A DNA stretch of 64,000 bases from Candidatus Algichlamydia australiensis (lineage in GTDB: Bacteria > Chlamydiota > Chlamydiia > Chlamydiales > JAJFMI01): contig JAXCHI010000001.1 in assembly GCA_033977065.1 (NCBI GenBank), positions 2,337 through 66,336 on the forward strand, written 5' to 3'. The notes beneath the pieces were generated by a model, which did no database searches, was not told where the DNA came from, and saw only the letters and a program-made list of their open reading frames with translations. This document shows positions 27,449 through 36,696 of this stretch, one piece after another; position 1 is the first letter of the stretch; the number at the start of each line of letters is the position of its first letter. Position numbers and translations under genes: made by a program.

Positions 27449-30400
27449 GTGGCAATAGGTTTCGCAAGGTTAGAGTTTGTAAAAAGATCTGAAATGAAAA
27501 ATGCATGTTACAAAGCTGCGTACGTATCGAGATCAAGAGTTGTATTTGAAGGGAATACAGTAATGCCAGGAAAAGTCTACGATTTTTCAAGGCAAGAACC
27601 ACCAGTTTATCACGAAGTGCTATTGCCAGAAGGGGCGAGTGAAAGCTTTAAGAGTGTAGAAAAACTCTGGAACCTGGCGGAGAGGACAGAATCAAGAAAA
27701 AATTCTCAAACAGCTCTTGAGATAGTCCTAGCGCTTCCAGATGATGCAGTCGTAACACTTGAAGATCGCAAAGAATTAGTGAAAACCCTAATCCAAAAAG
27801 AGCTAGTGGATAAAGGATTAGCAGCACAAATAGACATCCACCAACCTAAAAGAGAAATCGAATTTACAAAAAGCTGGAAGGACCAAGGGATAACAGCAGG
27901 AGAGCGAGGAGAAATCATCCACGAGCTCAATGGCAAATACACAATAAAGCTTAATACAGGGAAAAGCAAAGGGCGACAACTGCTTTTAAACCCAAAAGAG
28001 TTTAGCGGCTTCATAGAAAAAGAGCACAACTGGCACGCTCACGTCCTCGTAACAACAAGAAGATTTGATCCCACAGGGAAGCAACTAGGAAACAAAGCAA
28101 GAGATCTCATGCCAGGAGTTAGAAAAGGGAGAGTGATCTCAGGATCTGATTGGGGCAAGCTGTGGAGCAATCATCAGAATGAATACTTCAAACAAAAAGG
28201 ATACGCACTCCAAGTGGACCACAATGGAATCGTACCACAAGAGCACCTTGGACCAGTACGGATGAGAGGTCGAGCCTTTTCCCTGATGGAAGAGCACGAT
28301 CGAATCGCATTAATGAACCAAAAAAAATCAAAAGAGCCAGACTCTGTATTAAAAGCACTTACCAAACACAAAAGCTTCTTCACTAAAGAAGACCTTGACC
28401 GTTACCTCGACAAACATACAAGCGTAAACGAACTGAAAGGATTTAAAGAGAAATTTTGGTCTCAAGACAACCTCATCCATTTGGTTGATCGCGTTAAAGG
28501 AGAAGAGACCGATAAATGGACATCAAAGGAAGTGTTTGCTGAAGAGAGAAAAATTCTTAGAATTGCAGAAAAAATGTCTGAAAAGAGAATTTTGTCCACA
28601 AGCTGGGAAAAAGAGATTACGAGCAATAGCCAAAGCTTGAATGAAGAACAAAGCAAAGCATTTAAGGGGATCTTAGGAGAGAAAAACTTGAGTTGTATAC
28701 AAGGCTATGCAGGAACAGGAAAGAGCTATCTTTTGAATGCTTTGAAAAATGCATACACCTCAAAAAAAATTAAAGTAAGAGGATTTGGCCCAGACTCAGC
28801 TACAGCAAACGTACTAATTGAAAAAGGTTTGGAAAACTCTGAAAATATCCACCGATTTCTATTTGGACTAAAGCATGGAAAGAGAGAGATTACTAAAGGC
28901 AAAGAGGTGTGGATTGTAGACGAAGCGGGAAAGCTAGGAAACCAACTGCTCTCAGAGCTTTTAATTGCGGCTGAAAAGAAGCGAGTTAAAGTGATTTTAT
29001 CAGGAGATGCCGCTCAGCTTCCTTCTGTAGATAGGGGAGGGATGTTTGCAATCTTTTGTCAGAAATTTGGATCCCATGAGCTTGAAAATATCCAAAGGCA
29101 AAAAGAGACCTACCAGAGAGAAATTTCTAAGAAACTTGCAAAAGGAAAAATGGGGGCAGCTCTCGATCAGCTCTCATGCAGAGAGGGACTGAAGTGGACA
29201 GAAACAAAAAAAGAATCAATAGAAGCTCTTGTATCACAGTGGGCAAAAGATAAGGATAATTACCCTGGAGAAGAGCTCCTCATGGTGGCTCATAAAAATA
29301 GTGAAGTACGAGTACTTAACGAGCTAGCTAGACTTGTAAGAAAATCGAGAGGAGAGATTCAAGATAAGGAGTACTTTTGTGAAACAGCAAAAGGAGATTT
29401 TTACGCGAGCGTAAATGACAAAATTGAATTTCGCGCTAATAATAAAGAGCTTGGAGTTACTAACGGGCAGACAGGAGTACTTATTTATGCAAGTGAACGG
29501 AAATTCACAGTAGCGATTAATCAGCGTGGAAAAGCCTCAAAGAGAGTCTCCTTTAATCCAAAGAGATTTACCTCTTACCAGCTTGGTTACGCAAGCACTT
29601 ATTACCGTTGTCAGGGAAGAACAGTAGATAGAGCATATGTGCTTCATAGCTCCTCAATGAATAAAGAGATGTTTTATGTAGGTCTTACACGGCATGAAAA
29701 AGATACAGCACTTTACCTCTCAAAAGATGAAACTTTTTCACTCGCAGATTTAAAAAGACAAGCATATAGAAAGGGAGAAAAATCCACGACCCTGCAGTTT
29801 ACTTCTCAAGATGAGATTGTTGACGAAGAAAAAAGAGAGAGCAAAAGGGAGAGAGTGCAGGAACTAAAAGGATCGGAACATATACGAGACAGAGTAAAAG
29901 GACATACCCTGTCCTTATGGGGTGAATTCGTAGGTCGAGGAGCCAACGCGCTTCTTAATCATCGAGATAGGAAATTAGACAAAGAATTTTATGGTGCACC
30001 TAAAATCCCTGCCATAAGAGGTAAAGCCACTGCAGTTTCTAAAGAGTTACAATTAAAAGACTTTACCAAACTCACCTCAAATATAAGCTATAAACTACAA
30101 AACATTCCTGAGAAAACCCCTTTGGAAGAGAAATGGGATGTCTATCAAAGTGCAAGTGCTGCGATGAAAGAGACAAGAAAAAGTAGCCCTCATAAGGATC
30201 TGATAGAAAAATACGTAAAAGCATCTAAAGAAGCCCAACAAATGAAAGAGGTGTCTGAACTAGAAGCAGCTTCAAGGAATATTCCGCTAGCGGGAGTTTC
30301 TCGATACAGAACATGGCAAAAGACATGCGGATTGAGAAATGCTTTGGCAGATGAAGTTTTGCAAAAATGTGAGAAAAAAGATCTAGAAACACTTTTTTCT

Positions 30401-32059
30401 CCCAAAGCCGTAGGAATTTTAACAGACCAAAGCAGTAAACACAGATCTTTGCAAGAGAGATTAAATAGAGGGAGAAGTCCCAATTACAACATTGCCCTAA
30501 AGGAAAACCTAGATAAGCTTCTCTATAGACTTTATCCTGATGGTCCAACTCAAAAAAGCCAGACTAACTATCGATTTGGCGCAAAGGGAGCCTTATCGGT
30601 CGTGCATAGTGGTGAAAAAGCAGGGCAGTTCTATGATTTTGAAACTCAAGAAGGAGGGGGACCTCTATCTCTTATTCAGCACGCTCTATTCATCGACAAG
30701 GATGAAGCTAAAGAGTGGGCCAGAGCTTTTTTGGGAGTTGCTGAAACAATCCAAACTCCTGTGAATTTTCAAAGAGCGACTCAAAAAGAGAGGGAGAAAA
30801 ATAAAAATTGGGTGAGCCTTGTACCAGAGGAGGGAGTAGCGGCTCCAAAATTAAACGAGATACAAAACTCAAAACTCCACTACTACTACGAAGAAACTGC
30901 AAGATACCCTTATAAAGATGAGAATGGTCGCCTCCTCTATTATGTTCTTCGCTTACAAGACAAAGAGGATCGGTCAAAAAAAATCACACCACCATTAAGC
31001 TTTGGTTATGAAAAAGAGTTTTCTGGAAAGGGGCGGTGGGCCTTAAAGGGATACCAACCAGAAGGGAAGTTAAGAACGCTCTATCACCTAGAAAAGCTAA
31101 ACGAATTCCCAAAAGCCACCATACTAATTGTTGAAGGAGAAAAGACAGCTGATCGAGCGCATGCTAAATTTCCTAACCATAATTTCTTAACCGTTACCTG
31201 GTCTGGAGGAGCGGGAAGTGTAGAAAAAACAGATTGGTCTCCCTTGTCGGGCCGGAAAGTTTTGATCTGGCCCGACAACGATGAGGCTGGATTTAAAGCT
31301 TCTGCGCAAATATGTTCAGAACTAAAAAATGTCGGTGTACAATCTCTTCATGTCATAGATAGAAAGCTTCTTCAAGAAAAATTCCCGAAAAAGTGGGACC
31401 TTGCAGACGAGTTACCGGAAGGAATGGAGCAAAAAGATTTACAGAGAATTTTAATTTCAAAAAAGCAGAAAGCTTTGAATCCAGAACAACTTCTAAATGA
31501 ACTAAAGCTCTCAGGGATACAGATAGAAGCAAATTCGCAACTAGAAAGAAGAAGAATTAATGAGATTTTGGCAAAAACAGATGAACGTCTCAGGGATAAA
31601 CTTGAAAAAGACTTTAATGGGGATGAAAGAAGAGTCAATGAAGCAATATTAGCAGAAGCAAAACAAATTATAGGATCGAAAGATGTCATTAAAGGAGAGT
31701 TACTAGCACAGCAGGGGAGGGGCGAATCCTTTGTCTCGAGATTATTGCATCAATGCTTAGTATTTCAAGCTGAGTCTGGACGAAAACCTTCTCAATATGA
31801 GCTAACATTAATGAAAAGGGTAATACGCCAACAAAAATCAATGGAAAACACCTTCTCTGAATATAAATACTCCGCTGAAGAAAAAGGCCTTTATAAAGAT
31901 CACATTGTGCAACAAAATGTGAATAAAGAGCTAAGTATTTCAAGTGGAGAACAAAGTTTAGACGCAGGTCTCAAAAATGAAAAAATAAGGAGAGTACATC
32001 ATGAAAAAGAAGTTACACAAAAGGGAGTTGAGCAAACAACTCCTCAACCAGAGTTGTGA
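27449..32059 (+). CDS. traA: MOBQ relaxase-helicase (Ti-type TraA) with C-terminal TOPRIM primase-like domain; start revised to GTG 27449
   Basis: MAIGFARLEFVKRS...KAAY, HNWHAH, GYAGTGKS, VDEAG, GD..QLPSV..GG, and IVEGEKTAD...WPDNDEAG; GGAGAG RBS. Confidence 0.9.
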   Translation: MAIGFARLEFVKRSEMKNACYKAAYVSRSRVVFEGNTVMPGKVYDFSRQEPPVYHEVLLPEGASESFKSVEKLWNLAERTESRKNSQTALEIVLALPDDAVVTLEDRKELVKTLIQKELVDKGLAAQIDIHQPKREIEFTKSWKDQGITAGERGEIIHELNGKYTIKLNTGKSKGRQLLLNPKEFSGFIEKEHNWHAHVLVTTRRFDPTGKQLGNKARDLMPGVRKGRVISGSDWGKLWSNHQNEYFKQKGYALQVDHNGIVPQEHLGPVRMRGRAFSLMEEHDRIALMNQKKSKEPDSVLKALTKHKSFFTKEDLDRYLDKHTSVNELKGFKEKFWSQDNLIHLVDRVKGEETDKWTSKEVFAEERKILRIAEKMSEKRILSTSWEKEITSNSQSLNEEQSKAFKGILGEKNLSCIQGYAGTGKSYLLNALKNAYTSKKIKVRGFGPDSATANVLIEKGLENSENIHRFLFGLKHGKREITKGKEVWIVDEAGKLGNQLLSELLIAAEKKRVKVILSGDAAQLPSVDRGGMFAIFCQKFGSHELENIQRQKETYQREISKKLAKGKMGAALDQLSCREGLKWTETKKESIEALVSQWAKDKDNYPGEELLMVAHKNSEVRVLNELARLVRKSRGEIQDKEYFCETAKGDFYASVNDKIEFRANNKELGVTNGQTGVLIYASERKFTVAINQRGKASKRVSFNPKRFTSYQLGYASTYYRCQGRTVDRAYVLHSSSMNKEMFYVGLTRHEKDTALYLSKDETFSLADLKRQAYRKGEKSTTLQFTSQDEIVDEEKRESKRERVQELKGSEHIRDRVKGHTLSLWGEFVGRGANALLNHRDRKLDKEFYGAPKIPAIRGKATAVSKELQLKDFTKLTSNISYKLQNIPEKTPLEEKWDVYQSASAAMKETRKSSPHKDLIEKYVKASKEAQQMKEVSELEAASRNIPLAGVSRYRTWQKTCGLRNALADEVLQKCEKKDLETLFSPKAVGILTDQSSKHRSLQERLNRGRSPNYNIALKENLDKLLYRLYPDGPTQKSQTNYRFGAKGALSVVHSGEKAGQFYDFETQEGGGPLSLIQHALFIDKDEAKEWARAFLGVAETIQTPVNFQRATQKEREKNKNWVSLVPEEGVAAPKLNEIQNSKLHYYYEETARYPYKDENGRLLYYVLRLQDKEDRSKKITPPLSFGYEKEFSGKGRWALKGYQPEGKLRTLYHLEKLNEFPKATILIVEGEKTADRAHAKFPNHNFLTVTWSGGAGSVEKTDWSPLSGRKVLIWPDNDEAGFKASAQICSELKNVGVQSLHVIDRKLLQEKFPKKWDLADELPEGMEQKDLQRILISKKQKALNPEQLLNELKLSGIQIEANSQLERRRINEILAKTDERLRDKLEKDFNGDERRVNEAILAEAKQIIGSKDVIKGELLAQQGRGESFVSRLLHQCLVFQAESGRKPSQYELTLMKRVIRQQKSMENTFSEYKYSAEEKGLYKDHIVQQNVNKELSISSGEQSLDAGLKNEKIRRVHHEKEVTQKGVEQTTPQPEL

Positions 32060-32219
32060 TTATCATTATGAAATAACAAGTGAGGACATACTCTTAACAG
32101 AACTCGTCCTGTATTCATGTCACAACGGGGAAAGAGTGCTATTAGAGTTGTCAGAAGGAACTGCCGCTGTAATTGTACCTATAGAAGACGTGAATCTTCT
32201 CAATGCTGTCGAAGGATAG
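32001..32219 (+). CDS. Possible Phd/YefM-like small protein
   Basis: GERVLLE...AAVIVPIED resembles Phd-family antitoxins. The start is uncertain and no toxin gene is adjacent. Confidence 0.3.
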   Translation: MKKKLHKRELSKQLLNQSCDYHYEITSEDILLTELVLYSCHNGERVLLELSEGTAAVIVPIEDVNLLNAVEG

Positions 32220-32395
32220 TAGTTCCTATGCGTTAAGAGCTCATTCTTAGTAGGTTCCTGTATGAGCGTATTGACTTTTTGTTTTAGGAATTATATATTT
32301 CAAATCCAAATACAAGAAACATCATAAACTGCTATTTTTCTAATCTAAGAATTAAAAAACTTAGAATTGTAAAAATAATATAAAGAAGAGGAACA

Positions 32396-32872
32396 ATGAA
32401 TAATCTTGCTACTATGGAAAGCCCAAATTTAGAGGAAGTAATACAAAAGTCTATGCGAAAAGTAGGAGTATCAAAAGAGTTTGATCTTTGCTCTTATTTA
32501 CCCGAAGGAGGGAGAAGAACGCATCATTTTACCTACGAAAAACTTAAGATAAAGAACCCCAAAGATCTCATTTGCTTACTAGAAAAGCATATTTTAGAAA
32601 ATAGTGCACCTCAGCAATACCCATCCAAACCAAGATCTAAAAAAGGAAGCTCAGGATCCCTACAACTCAACCTCAAAAAAAATCAAGCTCAAGAGCTTCT
32701 ACAGCTTGCAAAAGAATCTGGAAATGCAGAGCTTATTGAGTTATTAAAGCCAGCTTATCCCCTGAAGGAAATTCAAAAAGAGCTGATTCTTTCTATTAAG
32801 GAGAAGAGAGCAGACCGATCCCTTTGGAAGGCTTATGAAGAAGCAATTAAAGAGCTTGAAAACGAAAAATAA
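32396..32872 (+). CDS. Conserved chlamydial hypothetical protein (CT066-like)
   Basis: RKVG..KE.DLC.YLP.GG...HHFT..KLK...P, PRSKKGS, and KELI.SI...LW.AY.EA match my recollection of that family. Confidence 0.65.
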   Translation: MNNLATMESPNLEEVIQKSMRKVGVSKEFDLCSYLPEGGRRTHHFTYEKLKIKNPKDLICLLEKHILENSAPQQYPSKPRSKKGSSGSLQLNLKKNQAQELLQLAKESGNAELIELLKPAYPLKEIQKELILSIKEKRADRSLWKAYEEAIKELENEK

Positions 32873-32891
32873 AGTTCAATTTATTAGTGAT

Positions 32892-32930
32892 AGGGCGCTT
32901 TCAGCCAAGGATTTAGAGCGCCCTCTCTTT
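32892..32930 (+). terminator. Probable intrinsic terminator after the CT066-like gene
   Basis: AGGGCGCT...AGCGCCCT stem followed by CTCTTTTG. Confidence 0.5.
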
Positions 32931-32990
32931 TGTGCAGTAATTTTTTAAGAGAAGTTTATCGTTGAATAACCATCATATAGCAGAATAAAC

Positions 32991-33260
32991 ATGCTTGATT
33001 CTGGCAACATCCATTACTGTCTGTGGTCTAGCAATAAAAAACCGATTGAATGGACAGAAAAAAATGCATTTACTATTTCTAACTTTCCAATTCCTGCTTT
33101 CGCTTCTTACTTTGAGAATGATCCTGTTGTTAGAAAATATGAAAAAGAACGTAAGCAAATTCAAAGACTTTATCGAGGCAAGGATTTTGTAGATATGACC
33201 TTAGAGTTTCTCACAAAAAAAGATGAAGCTGTTTATGAAATCGTTAAGGTTGATCAATAA
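32991..33260 (+). pseudogene. C-terminal remnant of the paralog family also seen at 56575 and 62598
   Basis: IPAFASY...KYEKERKQIQRLYRGKDFVDMTL aligns by eye with the C-termini of the two full-length paralogs. Confidence 0.55.
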
Positions 33261-33339
33261 AACTGTTAATAGTGCTGGTAGTAGGTTAAAAAAGAGGGGA
33301 GCTTAGCAACTTTAGATTTAATAGGTAGGAACACTTCAT

Positions 33340-33801
33340 CTACATATTATATTTCATCTCGATTAGTGATAGACAAAATAGAAAATATGAGATGGAAACC
33401 ATGCTTACAAAAAGTAATAATACACACGGCATGATAAGACTTCTAACTTTGTTGTGGATACTGAGAAATTTTTTGCCATTTCCTTTTTCAAAAAACATAG
33501 AGATACTGATGATAAGGAAAGGAAAATGTAACATTAAGCATGCGCTTCCTATTAGAGCGGTTACAAATCCCAAAATCTTAAGCAAAAGAAAAAAAAAGTA
33601 CCCGGGGATACTGAGGAGCGATAAAAGCAAAAGTTCTATACGCCCAAAATCTCTCAAATTACCTTTCAACCTACTCATTAGGTACGATACAACAGCGAGC
33701 GTAGCAATCAAGCCCAAGTAATAAAAGTCCAAGATAGAGGGACCTTGAACTAGGGGGGTAAATGCGGTTAGAAGACCCGGGGTTGTAATCGAAAAAGTCA
33801 T
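33340..33801 (-). CDS. Small integral membrane protein
   Basis: 153 aa with about four hydrophobic segments. Confidence 0.55.
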   Translation of the reverse strand: MTFSITTPGLLTAFTPLVQGPSILDFYYLGLIATLAVVSYLMSRLKGNLRDFGRIELLLLSLLSIPGYFFFLLLKILGFVTALIGSACLMLHFPFLIISISMFFEKGNGKKFLSIHNKVRSLIMPCVLLLFVSMVSISYFLFCLSLIEMKYNM

Positions 33802-33974
33802 TTTAATACGTTCATTAATCTATTGTCTTCCATATACCAAATTATGTTTTTTATAAAAAAGAAGATGAAGAAGCTTATGAAATCGTAATGGATGACCAAT
33901 AAAAACCGAAAACACTTGTCAAAAAACACACTCTTTAGCATCTTTCGTAAAGAAATTACAGAGAGGATGTAAAG

Positions 33975-35477
33975 ATGGTTTTTTCAGAGTTTTTTAGAAA
34001 GGTTTGCCTCTTTTTGCTTATTCCTTCGGTTTTTCTTCATGCAGTTCCTCAATCTGCTAGTCCAGGAAGCTGTATCTCTTCATTAGAAGACCCGATTAGG
34101 AAAAGTTATTCTTTTACTACCCTTGATAAGTTGTTAGTTGACGATGTTTTAAATTTTATTGATGCCATCGAGAAGGGAGCAATTGTTCCGAGTAATTTGC
34201 GAGAACTCGAATTGCTGCAAAACATGGTAGTAAACTTTGCAAGGAACGGAGTTCTTTCAAGTGACTTTTCTACTGCAGGTTGGGTTGAGCAGGACATTTA
34301 TGAGTTGTTTAATGAATCGTCAGATAACGATTGGTATTTTGATTATTCGGAATACGGTTTTGAAAATTACGGGTCTTTTAGTGGGAATTTTGAGCAAGAT
34401 CGTGAATTTTTGCTTTGTAGTAGTGGAATTAGTAAAAAATGGAAAAAAGCAAAAAGTTTTGTTCGTAAGCACAAAGCTGCAATTATCGCTGGGGCCGTTA
34501 TAGTCGTTGCTATTGTGGTAGTCGTTGTAGTCACAGGAGAATCAAGCAGTGTTGGAACTGTGGCAACAGGGGTGGGGTCTGTATTGGCAGCAAGTCAATC
34601 GGATGATGTTGATCCAGAAACAAGTCAACATGAATCAAGTTATGAGAAATATGATGTTGAACTAGCTGAATCTTCCCATCTTGAAGAAAGCGACGAATTC
34701 ATTAAAAAGCTTGCAGAAGAAAAAATCGAACTTTTTAAGGAAGAGGTTAGGAATGAGATCGAATCTAAAAATGATCAAGAAATTAGAGAAAATCCTGAGA
34801 GGTCTTTTAAGGAGAGCTTAAAGAATTTAGGTTCTGTGCTATCTCATGAAATTCTTGACGGTGCTGCTAAAGTTGCTTCTACTGGACCTGAACTTGCTGA
34901 AGAAATTGATGATATTGGCAGAAGACTTTTTCACGATGAAGAAGAGGTAGATATTCCTCTGCTATTTAATTCTCCTAAAGAAAAATTTAAAGATTGGTTG
35001 GCTGCAGCACATGAAAAAATTGATGAAGTCTTTTCAACTGAAGCAGCAAGCAGCTATACTGAAGAGGCTAAAAGAGCTAGAGCTGACAGTGGGTTAGTTA
35101 TTAGTGAGTTACCTCCTCCGGGGTCTTGTAAGGTAGGTCGCATTGCACCAACCCAGGCCTCCTCAATAAGAGGATGGAAGGTCGGAGATCCAATTAATAA
35201 TTTGACAAGGGCAGGAAAGGTTCCAAAATGGAGCACAGTTAGAAAGAGATATTGGAAAAATGAAGCTTTTGCAAAAGGTGCGGAATATGAGCTTGAAAAT
35301 GTTAAAAGAATGAAAAAAGGACTAGCCCCTAGAAGATTTAATGACGACTTGGGAAAGGCTGAAAGTATGGAATTGCATCACATACCCCCACAAAAAGAAG
35401 GAGGATTATTTGACGTTATTCCATTGTGGCCTGAAGAACATGCTAAAGTTGACCCTAATAGATACACAGGAAAGTAA
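33975..35477 (+). CDS. Polymorphic toxin: signal peptide + TM + C-terminal HNH/EndoVII (LHH-type) nuclease
   Basis: Signal ending VFLHA; TM AAIIAGAVIVVAIVVVVVVTG; C-terminal WSTVRKRYWKN...NVKRMKKGLAP...MELHH...EEHAKVD. Confidence 0.8.
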   Translation: MVFSEFFRKVCLFLLIPSVFLHAVPQSASPGSCISSLEDPIRKSYSFTTLDKLLVDDVLNFIDAIEKGAIVPSNLRELELLQNMVVNFARNGVLSSDFSTAGWVEQDIYELFNESSDNDWYFDYSEYGFENYGSFSGNFEQDREFLLCSSGISKKWKKAKSFVRKHKAAIIAGAVIVVAIVVVVVVTGESSSVGTVATGVGSVLAASQSDDVDPETSQHESSYEKYDVELAESSHLEESDEFIKKLAEEKIELFKEEVRNEIESKNDQEIRENPERSFKESLKNLGSVLSHEILDGAAKVASTGPELAEEIDDIGRRLFHDEEEVDIPLLFNSPKEKFKDWLAAAHEKIDEVFSTEAASSYTEEAKRARADSGLVISELPPPGSCKVGRIAPTQASSIRGWKVGDPINNLTRAGKVPKWSTVRKRYWKNEAFAKGAEYELENVKRMKKGLAPRRFNDDLGKAESMELHHIPPQKEGGLFDVIPLWPEEHAKVDPNRYTGK

Positions 35478-35479
35478 TT

Positions 35480-35962
35480 ATGCCAAATTTTAATAAATTA
35501 TTTGAGAACTCTAAGGGAAAGCCTATAAATTACAATGGCAAGATTCTTACGAGGTTCGATAATTTTGCTATTGAAAATGGAGAATCTTTGGTTATTTGCA
35601 TAGAATCTACAAATAGTAAAAATACACAGGGTGTTGCGGTTGATATTACGGGGAGTTGTATGTTCAACGGAAGAGAATGGAATCAAGGGAAAGGTGTTTT
35701 TATGGTTTTCTGGGAAAAATCTGAAGTTTATGATCCTAAAAACATTGAATTAAAAATATGTTCTACGAAAGGGAGTGTGAAGATTAGAAATATTTGGGAA
35801 AGCACAGACCATCGAGGAAGCAGTTTTGTCGATTATGGAAGGTACGGTTCTGCAATGATTTTAGAAGAGATACCAGGTGGAAAGAAATATTCATGCAATG
35901 ACTGGACCCCAGATGAAAATTTTGATGATATTATTTTTACTGTGAAAAAGATGGGTGTATAG
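35480..35962 (+). CDS. Probable cognate immunity protein
   Basis: Starts 2 bp after the toxin stop; 160-aa soluble protein. Confidence 0.7.
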   Translation: MPNFNKLFENSKGKPINYNGKILTRFDNFAIENGESLVICIESTNSKNTQGVAVDITGSCMFNGREWNQGKGVFMVFWEKSEVYDPKNIELKICSTKGSVKIRNIWESTDHRGSSFVDYGRYGSAMILEEIPGGKKYSCNDWTPDENFDDIIFTVKKMGV

Positions 35963-36013
35963 AAAGAAGTAAGAAGCTTTTGTAGTTTCGTTCAGGAAAT
36001 TACAAAAAATGAT

Positions 36014-36274
36014 TCATTTTTTTATCACCGAAAAACTCGGAATGAATTCTTCGATTTCGCATTCCAAAACGTTTGCTATTGTTGCAAGCATCTCGATTGT
36101 TACGTTAGATTCACCCCTTTCTATAATACCGATGTAAGTTCTATGGATATCTGTTTCCATGCCGAGAGCTTCTTGGGAGTACCCCATTTTTTTTCTCTTT
36201 TCGCGAATTAGACTTCCAATAGTCTTGCAAAGCGTTTCTTTTTGCTTTTCAGTAAGTTTTTTGCTCTTCTTCAT
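36014..36274 (-). CDS. XRE/Cro-C1 HTH transcriptional regulator
   Basis: RKKMGYSQEALG...HRTYIGIIERGESNVTIEML..IA..L. Confidence 0.92.
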   Translation of the reverse strand: MKKSKKLTEKQKETLCKTIGSLIREKRKKMGYSQEALGMETDIHRTYIGIIERGESNVTIEMLATIANVLECEIEEFIPSFSVIKK

Positions 36275-36348
36275 ATGATATAAGATATGAAGATGATGAA
36301 CATACCTCTACAGAATATACCTAGCATTTTTGTTTTCGCCTGTTTATT

Positions 36349-36368
36349 ATGATGAGTATATTCATCAT
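36349..36368. promoter_or_regulatory. Candidate operator ATGATGA-N6-TCATCAT
   Basis: Perfect 7-bp inverted repeat upstream of the XRE gene; a further ATGATGA half-site at 36293. Confidence 0.45.
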
Positions 36369-36389
36369 TTATGAGCAAGAGGTGTGGTT

Positions 36390-36473
36390 ATGAATGGAAT
36401 TTTTAACTTGGGATTAATTTTGGGATTTTCAATCGTTTTGTACATTTATCAAGAAATAAAGATCCGGAGATAA
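36390..36473 (+). CDS. 27-aa hydrophobic peptide (MNGIFNLGLILGFSIVLYIYQEIKIRR)
   Basis: GAGG RBS, a single TM and a basic C-terminus. Below the ORF-track length cutoff. Confidence 0.4.
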   Translation: MNGIFNLGLILGFSIVLYIYQEIKIRR

Positions 36474-36696
36474 ACAAGAGCTATAAAAGAGAGAGAGAAC
36501 GAGGATCCCTAGCACTAATAGGAAAATGCACACTCAATTTTGGCATTTCTTGTAAACCAAATTGAGTGGACTGTAACCGTTTAGGTTTTTGGTTGATTCC
36601 GTTTCAAATCATTAAAAAATATTCATCCTTAGGTAGTAATTGAAATTTTTCAGGGGAAATCATACCTTAATGAGATGAACCTTTAAAAAGGGATTT

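Noticed and set aside
36014-36274. Restriction-modification controller (C protein)
   Set aside because: No adjacent restriction endonuclease or DNA methyltransferase, and no GACT-AGTC C-box was seen.
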